Shown: positions 41,581-52,657 of the stretch, in pieces
Position numbering within the stretch: position 1 is the first letter of the stretch
Layout of the letters: every line of letters starts with the position of its first letter
Assembly (NCBI GenBank): GCA_963817385.1
Contig: CAWFOM010000025.1
Location: forward strand, 1-64,000
Reading direction: 5' to 3'
Source: an uncultured delta proteobacterium
Lineage (GTDB): Bacteria > Desulfobacterota > Syntrophia > Syntrophales > UBA5619
DNA: 64,000 bases
The notes under the pieces: generated by a model
The model's database searches: none
What the model was told of the DNA's origin: nothing
Seen by the model: only the letters and a program-made list of their open reading frames with translations
Made by a program: the position numbers and the translations under genes

Positions 41581-43097
41581 TTTCCGGGGAAGGTCCGGTT
41601 ATAGAGAGCGTCAAAACCGTCCTTTCCCACTGCCAGCATCAGTGTGAGCGGCATGACCTTCCTCCCTTCGGCTACCATCTGCATGGCGGTCTCCCGAATG
41701 TCCCACTGGGCGTGGCCATCCGCACGGACCCGGGCGAGATGGTAGAGCTCGCGGGCGCTGACCCGCATCACCACCCGGCGCCGGTGGGCGTTCGTGAGGA
41801 TAGAGGCGGCCGCCGCGGGCGCCGCCCGGCGGATCTTCTCCCAGATCTCCTCCGTGCGGGCGCAGATATCGCGGAAGGGGCTCTCCATGCCGATCGCGGC
41901 GACGCCGGGAGGGACCGTAACGCCGAGCGCCGGGGCGTAGTCCTGGCAGGTGATCGAGGCCATCCGGTGCCGTTTTATCTGGGCGAAGCAGGTGGCGCTG
42001 ATCGTGAGCTCGAAGGTAAGCCCGACATGCTCGAACTCCCGCGGGGCGGCGTCGTACGGTTTCATCCGCTCGAGCGCGGTCTTGACGAGCGCCTCCTTTT
42101 CATGGCGGCCCATGCGCGCAGCGGTCTCCCGGCAGCCGGCAAGCGGGAGGTGCGATGCGCTGTGGAGGAGTGCCGCAACGACCTTGTCGTCGGCCTCCGG
42201 CGTCGCGTCGAGCAGGCGGACGAGGCGATCCGCGTCCCCGCGGCCGGAGGCAGTCGCTCCCGCCGCGCCCTGATAGGCCCCGGGCGCCCCGCCGGGGGAG
42301 GCGTGCGTGGTTGCGATGATCCGGGCCGCCTGCTTCCTGAGCGCATCGGGCGTCTCCCGGTCGTAGGCCGTCGGTTCCGTGTAACGGACGAGCGACGGGG
42401 CGACCCCCTTCGCGGCGTCATAGAGCTGCCGGCTGCACTCACGCGCCTCGTCAAGGGGCGAGGCGGCGAGGCGGCGGATCATGAGTTCGAGATTCCGGGC
42501 GTTCACGGTCATCCCGAGCTGGGTCTCGGTGGCGAGCGGGATGATGTAGCGGGCGTCCTCCTTCGCCCATCCCTCGATCAGAGAGCGGTTGGCCGGATCG
42601 GCGGCAAGCCCCGGGTTCTTCTCGAAGACGTACGGGACGAGTTTCTCGAATAGCTCGCGGTAGCAGCGGTGCTGCGCATGGACGGTGGCGATGAAGGCAT
42701 CCTCCAGACCGGCCTGACGGACCTCGGCGGGGATGACGAAGTCGTCCTTAAACAGGACGTAGCGCTGAGATTTTTCGGTATAGGAAGCGAGCCGGAATTT
42801 TTCGATCTCTTCGACCAGGAGACGGGAAACCTTGAGGATGTCCAGATTGAAGACGGCATGCTCGGCGATCGAACTATGGCCCATTTCGAAGACGATGTTC
42901 CGGTTGGAGGCGCGCGCCTTCTCCACCTCGCCGCGCGCGAGCATCCGTAACTCGTTCACCGGCCGCGGATTCCGGCTGATCCTGGCGTAGGCTGCGGCGA
43001 TGGTCTCCGGGGTCAGGTCCTGCCGCTCGGGGTGCTCGGCGACGAACTCCCGGATGATCTCATAGTCGATGTTGTGTCCCGCAAGAATGACTTCCAT
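41577..43097 (-). CDS. thyX: FAD-dependent thymidylate synthase, two-domain form
   Basis: GHSSIAEH, SYTEKSQRY and EDARY in domain 1; QIKRHR and HAQWDIR in domain 2. Confidence 0.88.
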   Translation of the reverse strand: MEVILAGHNIDYEIIREFVAEHPERQDLTPETIAAAYARISRNPRPVNELRMLARGEVEKARASNRNIVFEMGHSSIAEHAVFNLDILKVSRLLVEEIEKFRLASYTEKSQRYVLFKDDFVIPAEVRQAGLEDAFIATVHAQHRCYRELFEKLVPYVFEKNPGLAADPANRSLIEGWAKEDARYIIPLATETQLGMTVNARNLELMIRRLAASPLDEARECSRQLYDAAKGVAPSLVRYTEPTAYDRETPDALRKQAARIIATTHASPGGAPGAYQGAAGATASGRGDADRLVRLLDATPEADDKVVAALLHSASHLPLAGCRETAARMGRHEKEALVKTALERMKPYDAAPREFEHVGLTFELTISATCFAQIKRHRMASITCQDYAPALGVTVPPGVAAIGMESPFRDICARTEEIWEKIRRAAPAAAASILTNAHRRRVVMRVSARELYHLARVRADGHAQWDIRETAMQMVAEGRKVMPLTLMLAVGKDGFDALYNRTFPGK

Positions 43098-43265
43098 CGG
43101 TTGTCTCGTCCCTCCCTGGGTTGATTCGTGGTACCGGAGGATCCCCGGAGCTTGGCGGGGGACCATCTTCCGTAAAATGTTCCGTTTCATCCAGGCCGAT
43201 TTGTGGTAATCTGACCCTGTAGGAAATCGATTCCGTGTCTGATCGGATTATCGGGGGTAGTAAAA

Positions 43266-43889
43266 ATGGGCCTTCTCAGTCTCCTCATGAAAGATCCGCT
43301 TACCTTTGTTCTGCTGGCGGTTCCGCTGCTTTATTCCATCATCATCCATGAACTGGCCCACGGCTGGGTGGCGTATCGCATGGGGGATCCCACGGCCAAA
43401 TATCAGGGCCGGCTGACCCTCAATCCCCTGAAACATCTCGATCCGATCGGAACCGCCATGCTCTTTCTCGTCGGGTTCGGCTGGGCCAAGCCCGTGCCGG
43501 TCGATTTCAACCGCCTTCGTAACTCTCGTCTCGGGTTGATCCTGGTTTCTTCCGCCGGGATCATCGCCAATATGGTTGTTGCCTTTATCGCTGTCCTGCT
43601 GCTTCACCTTATGTCTCCGTCTCCGTCGGGATCGATGGGGCAACTTCTGTATTATCTGGCGCAGATCAATATCATGCTGGCCTCGTTCAACCTGATCCCC
43701 ATTCCACCCCTGGACGGCTCGAAGATCCTCATGGGATTCCTGTCGGAAAGGCTCCGGTACTCTTTTTCCCGCCTTGAACCCTATGGATTCTTCATTATCA
43801 TCGGTCTTCTGTACCTGGGGGCTCTGGACCCGGTCATCCATTTCTTTCGGTGGATCATCCTTGCCCTGATCGGGCTTGTGCTCTCCTGA
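43266..43889 (+). CDS. Site-2 protease (M50) family protein
   Basis: HELAH, GWAKPVP and FNLIPIPPLDG motifs. Confidence 0.93.
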   Translation: MGLLSLLMKDPLTFVLLAVPLLYSIIIHELAHGWVAYRMGDPTAKYQGRLTLNPLKHLDPIGTAMLFLVGFGWAKPVPVDFNRLRNSRLGLILVSSAGIIANMVVAFIAVLLLHLMSPSPSGSMGQLLYYLAQINIMLASFNLIPIPPLDGSKILMGFLSERLRYSFSRLEPYGFFIIIGLLYLGALDPVIHFFRWIILALIGLVLS

Positions 43890-43934
43890 AGCACGTTGCT
43901 TCCCTGCGCAGCAAATGATGCGGATTGAGGTGCG

Positions 43935-44759
43935 TCACCGGGATTGTTCTAACAGCGTATCACCCGCAGAGTATTGCCCCAGGCCGATGAGATTAAAATA
44001 CTCCGTAATTTTCAAACCGATGGTTGTCTCCAGATTGTCCACGGCATCCGGCATCGGCGATTTTATTTCTATCACGCCGAAGTCGCGGATGAGCTTTTCG
44101 ACGAGGGATTGGGCAAGATAGACGATGCCGGTGACGGGAAACGAGTTTTTTCTGAGGACGAACCGATTCTCCAGGACAACGTCCGCCAGGAATTCGGGTA
44201 GGGTCAGCTTTTCGATAATCTTGACGGCCAATTCCTGATGGTGCTTCTCGATAAAAGAGGGTTCTATGGTGACATTTTTCTCGGCTTCATAGATGGCGAT
44301 GACCACTTTGCCGAGGGTAACAAACAGACCCCCGATTTCAGCCCTTTCTATGGCATCCTTGTTCATGTGCATCTGTTCCGCGATGACTTTGGCGAACACG
44401 GATACGGCAAAACTTTCGACCTCGATCATTCTGTGCGCCGTGCCCAACCGGGAAAATAGCGTCAAGGCGATGATGAACAGCTTTGCCGGCTGCATGCCGA
44501 TCGAAGTGATGACATCATTGAATTTTTCCACCTTGCCGTAGCGGTGCATCCCGTAATAGACCGAACAGGACATATTTCTCAGGCGCAGTGCAAGCTTCAC
44601 ATCGACCATGTTTTCGATGCCGGCGATCTCTTCTTCGGAAGATTCCGTGTTATCGAGGATATGGAAGATCCGGGGGTTTATCCCGATATTCTCGCTGTCC
44701 ATGACGAACTCTTCGATTGCGTCAAACAGGTTGGGATCTTCCCGATGATCGTCAGTCAT
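43935..44759 (-). CDS. HDOD-domain protein
   Basis: Degenerate HDOD pattern: LALRLRNMSCSVYY and GGLFVTLGKV (the HD residues are lost). Confidence 0.6.
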   Translation of the reverse strand: MTDDHREDPNLFDAIEEFVMDSENIGINPRIFHILDNTESSEEEIAGIENMVDVKLALRLRNMSCSVYYGMHRYGKVEKFNDVITSIGMQPAKLFIIALTLFSRLGTAHRMIEVESFAVSVFAKVIAEQMHMNKDAIERAEIGGLFVTLGKVVIAIYEAEKNVTIEPSFIEKHHQELAVKIIEKLTLPEFLADVVLENRFVLRKNSFPVTGIVYLAQSLVEKLIRDFGVIEIKSPMPDAVDNLETTIGLKITEYFNLIGLGQYSAGDTLLEQSR

Positions 44760-45263
44760 CCCTCACTCCTTGTGTCTGAGTGGTTCGGGGTTGTTTCATC
44801 TGCGGAACGACCGCCCGTCCGGATGGCTGACGACGAGTAAGCCGATCCCGCTTCAACGCCGCTCAACACCACCCGCATTCGACTGACCATGCCGACATGG
44901 GTAACTTAAAGAATATGAGGTTGAAAAGCAAGCAATAATCTTTTTCACGCAGAGGCAAGCGGCGGATCCTCCCGGCGGGACATTATGGATCCGATTTTCC
45001 CCCCGGAGTCTGCCTTCTGCGGGCGGCGGCAGGACGAGCGGAATCTCCGGTTTAACGTGAGGAAGGAAGATGGATGCGATGATGAAAAAGGTGGCAATCT
45101 AGTGAACTCGGCCCGAGGGCACAAGCGGCCGCGCGCAAGTTTTCATGAAGACCACGGCGGCATCCTCTCCAGCCCTGCGTTCTCCCCGGTGATCAATACG
45201 ATCTTGAGCAACAGCGAGGTGCAGACATCACGGGTTGAAAGAAAAAACGGGTAACAATATTTT

Positions 45264-45809
45264 TCAAATAACGTAAGGAATAAACCTTTTGGTTTTCAGC
45301 ATGTAATGCCGGTATCTTTCACCGAAATATTCTATGTTTTCTTTTTCTTCCATCAATGCGGCGAAAATACATGAACAGGTTGCAATCAAAGCAACTATGA
45401 GCAAAGCGACTTCGATATTTCTTAATAAAATTCCCCAAGCCAGAAATAGAAGCGAGCTGTACATGGGGTGCCGGACATACTTGAAAATCCCGGACTCTAT
45501 CAATACTGTAGTTTTCTCAAAATCGAACAGAGTATGATCACGTCGCTGCTTGCTCACGATGCCCTTTTTCCGCATAATAAATACGGCTGAAAGGACAAAC
45601 ACTAAGGAAGCGATCATAATCGCCGAGGAAATCAATTGCTGAAGGTCAAATTTTTCTACTATTAAATACCGGTAATTTTGAATCGAAAGCCATAAAATAC
45701 ACTCCCACACAACCAATCGATACAAGCCATGGTTTTTCAGACTTAACAGGCATCGCCAGGAAAGAGTTAATAGCGGCAGCGAAAGGACGCAAAAAAAAAT
45801 AACTTTCAT
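45264..45809 (-). CDS. Isoprenylcysteine carboxyl methyltransferase (ICMT/PEMT) family protein
   Basis: GIFKYVRHPMY, EEKEN and FGERY...RFIP motifs; AT-rich. Confidence 0.85.
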   Translation of the reverse strand: MKVIFFCVLSLPLLTLSWRCLLSLKNHGLYRLVVWECILWLSIQNYRYLIVEKFDLQQLISSAIMIASLVFVLSAVFIMRKKGIVSKQRRDHTLFDFEKTTVLIESGIFKYVRHPMYSSLLFLAWGILLRNIEVALLIVALIATCSCIFAALMEEKENIEYFGERYRHYMLKTKRFIPYVI

Positions 45810-46131
45810 TTCTGACTAATGGTCAACCGGGTTCGTTAGATGTAATGTTTTCACGTCAGGTACGGCAATGGATGGATATTCACTGTTCGACCCTCGATGA
45901 ATTTCATCTTTTTTTGATAAGGTATTACTTTTTCACGGGGGGAGTATATGAAGAACGGTCTCGAGTGTCAATTGGATTTTGGCCACAAAATATGGGGTTC
46001 GGTAGTGATGGAAGGTGTATATCGGATTGGCTAACACTTTCAGAGGAAGAAGCAGATGTTTAGCGCTTCTAAACCCAGGCACTAAGTGATCAGTGCGGCT
46101 CATCTGAGCCATCCCAGTCTACCGATAACTT

Positions 46132-47718
46132 TTAGTAGTACAGGTTATCCTTGAGAAGGAGTTCATAGAGCATATTATCTTGGAGAGTCACGTCTTTAAA
46201 GAGTGTCCCATGCTCCCTGCAGACGAACAGCGTATTGGCTTTCCTGAAGCCCGCCAGCATGCTCATCCTGGTCACCTTCCCGTCTCCGGGTTGAAAATAA
46301 CTCTCCAATTCGACGGGGATATCGTAGGCGATGGCAAATCCTTCTTCCTCAGCGTTATCCTGTTCCTTAATTACTCCCACTTGCTCTTCCATACTCGTCT
46401 GTTCCAGTAACACACTCCTCCCTTTAATCATGCCCCTGTGCAGGGTAACGGCACAATCACCCCCCATGAGTTTGAGAACATCATTGATAACCGTGTTGTT
46501 GTCAGTCTTCCGCAATAGCTGGGAAAATTCTTCGGCGCGTTGCAGCGATATTTTTATCAAGTGCTGTTTTGCATCACGATCCGGGTAATACTCGTATGGA
46601 TTGAACGCCGACCACTGCAGTTCTTGCCAAGTAACGGGATTGAGGAGTGAAAATTTGTACAGAACCGAGTTGCATGCCGCGGTATTGTCCAGTTTTTGCA
46701 GCGTTTTTTTTGTATCTTCGTCAAGAGGGATGAAGCATTCCTGAGTGCATGCCGGGGGAAGAAGCTGATAGGCCGCGGGCATCGTAATGATGATTCTTTT
46801 GACATCGTCTTTGCTGAGCGTTTCCACCCCTTCGCCGGAAAAAAACCCCCGGAGGATTTCCAGAGAACCGCCGCTGGGTGTGCCGAGCAGAACGACCTTC
46901 CCAATATTTATCGGAAGCCCCTTGTCCGGTTCCATCCCGCCGATACTGCCATAGATACGTGCCTGCCCCTGACTGGCCTGCTTGCAGAACGAGTGATAGC
47001 CCAGGTAGAAACGGGCAATGAGGCCGCCCATGCTATGTGCCACAATGTTGAACTTTACCCCCCGATTCTGCGGGTAATATTTTTCCGTGATCTTCGTTAT
47101 GAACCTCTCCAAATTGACGGCGTTGAGGACATTATCCCTCCTCCAGTCATAGTAGAAAATGAAGAGGTTTCCCTTGGGATTGGTATTGTTGTCCTCGATC
47201 AGTTCGATCAGGTTTCCCTTGGCATCATACTTGATGCCGGCGTTTTTGCTGATAAATCCACCATAGTCGACGAGAGTATCGATGAGACTCTGGTAGATAT
47301 CAATTTCCGACATGTCTTGAAACCAACCGAAGAGACGCCAGCGCGAAAAGATGTTGGTGGCCCTGACGTTGCTGTCGACATTGAATACTTCATAGGAGTC
47401 GGACAATCCATTTATTAGTCCGATGGGCAATTCCAGATCGTCGAAATCCGCCTTGCTGAATTGCCACCATCCACCCCAGACATTTCGGTCTTTCTCAATA
47501 TTTTTGAGTTCCGAACCTTTGATCCCCGGAATGATGATTACCGGGTTTCTCTCCAGGTTGACATAGGGTGCATAGATTTTCTTAATCGGCGGCTGCAGGG
47601 CAGCGCAGCCGATGAGAGATAAGGCAAGAATCAGCACGATGGCATTTGTCAGCCCCGTCAATATGCCGGGTGTACTCGCTATATTTTTCCCCGGAGTGTT
47701 CATGTCAACGTGTTCCAT
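46132..47718 (-). CDS. Lipase/acyltransferase (LCAT-like alpha/beta hydrolase) lipoprotein
   Basis: Lipobox LIGC; IIPGIKGS, YDWR, AHSMGG, GTPSGGS, GDG and EH motifs. Confidence 0.82.
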   Translation of the reverse strand: MEHVDMNTPGKNIASTPGILTGLTNAIVLILALSLIGCAALQPPIKKIYAPYVNLERNPVIIIPGIKGSELKNIEKDRNVWGGWWQFSKADFDDLELPIGLINGLSDSYEVFNVDSNVRATNIFSRWRLFGWFQDMSEIDIYQSLIDTLVDYGGFISKNAGIKYDAKGNLIELIEDNNTNPKGNLFIFYYDWRRDNVLNAVNLERFITKITEKYYPQNRGVKFNIVAHSMGGLIARFYLGYHSFCKQASQGQARIYGSIGGMEPDKGLPINIGKVVLLGTPSGGSLEILRGFFSGEGVETLSKDDVKRIIITMPAAYQLLPPACTQECFIPLDEDTKKTLQKLDNTAACNSVLYKFSLLNPVTWQELQWSAFNPYEYYPDRDAKQHLIKISLQRAEEFSQLLRKTDNNTVINDVLKLMGGDCAVTLHRGMIKGRSVLLEQTSMEEQVGVIKEQDNAEEEGFAIAYDIPVELESYFQPGDGKVTRMSMLAGFRKANTLFVCREHGTLFKDVTLQDNMLYELLLKDNLYY

Positions 47719-48132
47719 GACCGACCTCCTTTCAGAGTATAAATCCTTTGCACAGGAGATTTATGAAATATTGTTGTTTTAAAATCCTGTCGTTCAATTA
47801 TACAAATGGTGGCCGGACGAGAAGGAGATTGAATTTAGGCTATCTTTGATACAGCGAAGATACCCTTAGGATGAGATAGAGATCAGCAGGAACTCAAACG
47901 TGGATTGAGATAAACGATAAAAACCCTCCAAGAGAGTTTTTTGCCTCCCTTGGAGGCTTCACCTGATCATTCTTTGGTAACCCCACCTTCTCATTTTACT
48001 CTCCAGAAGGTCAAAGGTTAGGTTGATGGATTACAGGGGATAAGTAATTAATAGCTAACTCATTCAGGGAGGAGCTGTCAAGGGATAAATTGCAGCCTTA
48101 AATTGGCGCCGAACAACAATCGGGAAAATTCA

Positions 48133-48171
48133 TACCGCCCCTCCCCGACAGTTTGAACGGGAGGGGCGGTA
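48133..48171 (-). terminator. Hairpin downstream of the OsmC-like gene
   Basis: 13-bp inverted repeat TACCGCCCCTCCC...GGGAGGGGCGGTA. Confidence 0.55.
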
Positions 48172-48199
48172 GGTGATGAGACAGGGTGCTCCGAAAGGT

Positions 48200-48664
48200 C
48201 TATACTTCTTCGATCACGAGATCATCTTCGATCCGGATGCACCCGATCACGCTTTGCGCGGCGGGGCACCGCGTGATGTAGGAGGAAAAGGCCTCCCGGG
48301 CCTCCGCGATCTTCTCGTGCGGTATCTTCAGATGGTACGTCGCCCCGATCCGGGTGATCTTCAGGACGCCGTTGACATTCTCGATGTCCCCCTCTACGTC
48401 CGCCCAGTAGCGGTCTTCCGGGGTCGGGATCTTTTTTCCGGCCAGCAGCGTGGCCAGTGTCCCCATCATTCAGCCCGCGGTAGCGGCCACGATGTGATCG
48501 AGCGTGGCCGCATGCTCCACCTCCGGTTCGATCTTGTAGAATTTCTTGATGCCGCCGTGGACGCCGTAATAGATGGGTTCACAGAACCCCTCGATCATGG
48601 CCCGCCGGGTCGGCCCCTTTTCCCTGACGATCTTGATTTTCGATGTGTGGACGATTTCTCCCAT
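48200..48664 (-). CDS. OsmC-family selenoprotein (in-frame UGA at 48470-48472)
   Basis: Two abutting in-frame ORFs read DHIVAATAG-UGA-MMGTL...RCPAAQSV. The UGA is at the first OsmC Cys position; AGGAGG RBS upstream. Confidence 0.85.
48438..48457 (-). promoter_or_regulatory. Putative bacterial SECIS hairpin
   Basis: CUGGCCA-CGCUGC-UGGCCGG, starting 12 nt after the UGA. Confidence 0.6.
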
Positions 48665-48736
48665 GATGCTCCTCCTTGGGTTGTCGGCGATTCGGGATGC
48701 GGATCGGGTCGACCCTCTTCTTCCCTGCATCAGCCG

Positions 48737-49069
48737 TCAATGACGTTTCTCGGGCAGGCGTTCGACGAAGGCCTTCGCCTTGTTCAGCCACCCTTCCAGT
48801 TTTTTCCCGGCGCAGGCCCGCTCTTCCACCATGACCCATCCCTTCATGGCACGGCCGGTGATATCGAACTCCTTGACCCTGGGATGTTGCAGGGCCAGTG
48901 CTGCCTCCTCCTCGCCGAGCCTGAGGATCAGATAATCCTTGATGATGCCGCAAACGATGTTCCCGTTCAGGAGATAACAGACCCCGCCGAACATCTCCTT
49001 GGGGGTGACATTATCCCATGTTGAAACGATTTCGATAATCCGCCGGTCAAGCGCTTTGCTGTACGCCAT
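48737..49069 (-). CDS. TfoX N-terminal domain protein
   Basis: KEMFGGVCYLLNGN and GRAMKGWV motifs. Confidence 0.85.
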   Translation of the reverse strand: MAYSKALDRRIIEIVSTWDNVTPKEMFGGVCYLLNGNIVCGIIKDYLILRLGEEEAALALQHPRVKEFDITGRAMKGWVMVEERACAGKKLEGWLNKAKAFVERLPEKRH

Positions 49070-49234
49070 TGTTCCCCTCCCGCCGTTATACCGTCCAGCA
49101 CCCTACTCCCGGCTGCCCGACAGTCACTATAACCATTGCCTGGCGTCTCTGTCCAGCACGATGGCCCAGGTTTTATAGCTGTCGCCGACGAAAATAACTT
49201 ATAGTGCATTGTCACGTCGCGATCGTTCAAAAGG

Positions 49235-50317
49235 TTACCGCTGGATGCGCGCCGAGCCGCCTTGCGCAAACGCGCGCACCTGATCCACGGTCGCCATGGT
49301 GGTATCGCCCGGGAAGGTTGTCAGGAGCGCGCCGTGCGCCCAGCCCAGATTGACGGCCTCCTGCGGCTCTTCACCCGTGAGGAGGCCGTAGAAAAACCCG
49401 GACGCGTACCCATCGCCGCCGCCGACGCGATCGTAAACGTCGAGTTCGCAGGCGGGTGAAACGTAGGTCGTGCCGTTAATCCACGCCACCGCGCCCCAGG
49501 AATGCCGGTTGGTCGAGTGCACCTCCCGGAGGGTTGTCGCGACCACCTTGACCTGCGGGAATTTCTTCACCACCTGATCGATCATCCCGAAGAACGTGCT
49601 CGGGTCGAGTGTGGATTTTGCGGCGACTTCGGGACCCGGGATGCCGAGCCCCATCTGCAGATCTTCCTCGTTCCCGACGAGGACATCCACATTCTCGACG
49701 ATGCGTCCGATAACCGACAGCGCGCGTTCGTGGCCGCCCCAGATGTTCCACAGCTTCGCGCGATAATTCAAGTCAAAGGAGATCACCGCGCCCGCCGCCT
49801 TCGCCGCCTTCATCCCTTCGATGATCGCTTCGCCGGTTGTTTCCGATAATGCCGCAAAAATGCCGCCGCTGTGGAACCAGCGCACGCCGCCGGCAAAGAT
49901 CGTTTTCCAGTCGAAGTCGCCGGGTTTGAGCTGCGCCGCGGCTTCGTTCGCGCGGTTGTAAAAGACGACCGGCGCACGCACACCCTGCCCGCGATCGCTG
50001 TACACCGTCGCCATATTCGGGCCGTTTACGCCGTTGTGTTTGAATTTTTTGTAAAAGGGCGTGACGCCCATGGCTTTCACGCGCTCGGCGATCAGATCCC
50101 CAATGGGATAATCGACCATCGCGGTCGCGATGCCGGTCTTCATGCCGAAGCAGTCGGACAGATTGGCGGCGCAGTTGAACTCGCCGCCGCTCACATGGAT
50201 CCGGCATTCAGCGGCCTTGCGGAAGGGAACGATTCCCGGATCGAGGCGGTGGACAAGCGCGCCGATGGAGACAAAATCCAGCGCGCCCTCCTGACGGATA
50301 TTCAGACCGTACTTCAT
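49235..50317 (-). CDS. kdgK: PfkB sugar kinase (2-keto-3-deoxygluconate kinase-like)
   Basis: GGEFN, FDLNYR, GNEED, DRVGGGD and the GGSARIQR terminus. Confidence 0.85.
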   Translation of the reverse strand: MKYGLNIRQEGALDFVSIGALVHRLDPGIVPFRKAAECRIHVSGGEFNCAANLSDCFGMKTGIATAMVDYPIGDLIAERVKAMGVTPFYKKFKHNGVNGPNMATVYSDRGQGVRAPVVFYNRANEAAAQLKPGDFDWKTIFAGGVRWFHSGGIFAALSETTGEAIIEGMKAAKAAGAVISFDLNYRAKLWNIWGGHERALSVIGRIVENVDVLVGNEEDLQMGLGIPGPEVAAKSTLDPSTFFGMIDQVVKKFPQVKVVATTLREVHSTNRHSWGAVAWINGTTYVSPACELDVYDRVGGGDGYASGFFYGLLTGEEPQEAVNLGWAHGALLTTFPGDTTMATVDQVRAFAQGGSARIQR

Positions 50318-50339
50318 TGTGTTCTCCTTTTGTCGGGGA

Positions 50340-51791
<1,452 letters not shown>

Positions 51792-51813
51792 TTGAATTTT
51801 CCTTTCCTTCGCA

Positions 51814-51846
51814 ATCATCCCCCGCCCTCCAGACGGTAGAGGATCT
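51814..51846. repeat. 33-bp direct repeat (30/33 identical) of 52657..52689, the 3' end of the larA-like gene
   Basis: ATCATCCCCCGCCCTCCAGACGGTAGAGGATCT versus ATCATCCTCCGCCCTCCAGGCGGTAGAGGGTCT. Confidence 0.9.
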
Positions 51847-52013
51847 TGATGATTTTACAAATTGTCAATTGATTTTTGCAATTTGTTAGCTTTCTTTACC
51901 CTTCTTTATGAATGAAGTAAAGCCGCTGCGTGGCATTCGTAAACTTCGCCAAAGAAAAAACAATCCTGAATCTAAATTTATGGTATCATAATAACCAATA
52001 AGGGAGGGATGTT

Positions 52014-52256
52014 ATGAATGCCTATGACATGATAGAGATCAAACCGGAGGTAATGCTGGGCAAACCCATCATCAAAGGGACCAGGATACCTGTTGACCTC
52101 ATCGTAAGAAAATTGGGTGAAGGCGCCTCTTTTGAAGATTTGCTCGATGGTTATCCAAATCTGTCGAGAGAAGCCATCCGGGCGGCATTGATTTATGCCG
52201 CCGATATGATCCGTAATGAAACAACCATTTTTTTGAAGACAGGCACTGCCGATTGA
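52014..52256 (+). CDS. DUF433 antitoxin
   Basis: PEVMLGKPIIKGTRIPV and YPNL...IRAALIYA motifs. Confidence 0.92.
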   Translation: MNAYDMIEIKPEVMLGKPIIKGTRIPVDLIVRKLGEGASFEDLLDGYPNLSREAIRAALIYAADMIRNETTIFLKTGTAD

Positions 52257-52627
52257 ATTCGAGCCCATTGAGTTTTTTAGCAGACGAAAGCTGCGATTTT
52301 TCCCTCATTCGCGCACTGCGGACAGTAGGCTATTCCGTCAAGGCCATCGCTGAAATATCCCCATCATTACCAGATGAAGCGGTACTGGAATTGGCCGTGG
52401 CTGAAAACCGACTATTGATAACAGAAGACAAGGACTTTGGTGAGTGGGTTTTTGCACATCAACATGCGATGACGGGCGTATTGCTAATCCGCTATCCCGC
52501 GAGCATGCGCTCCTCAATGGTTGTCGCTGTGATCGATCTGATTGGGGGACATGCTACAGTTCTTGACGGCAGCTTTACTGTTTTAGAGCCCGGAAGGGCG
52601 CGAATCAGGAAGAAAATCAAGGGTTGA
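52253..52627 (+). CDS. DUF5615 PIN-like toxin
   Basis: FLADES, DEAVL and LITEDKDFG motifs. Confidence 0.9.
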   Translation: MNSSPLSFLADESCDFSLIRALRTVGYSVKAIAEISPSLPDEAVLELAVAENRLLITEDKDFGEWVFAHQHAMTGVLLIRYPASMRSSMVVAVIDLIGGHATVLDGSFTVLEPGRARIRKKIKG

Positions 52628-52657
52628 CCATCACAAGACATACAAAAGAGTTCGATA

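Noticed and set aside
44770..45255. Riboswitch or small gene upstream of the HDOD gene
   Set aside because: No recognisable aptamer motif, and the ORF at 44985..45254 has no supporting features.
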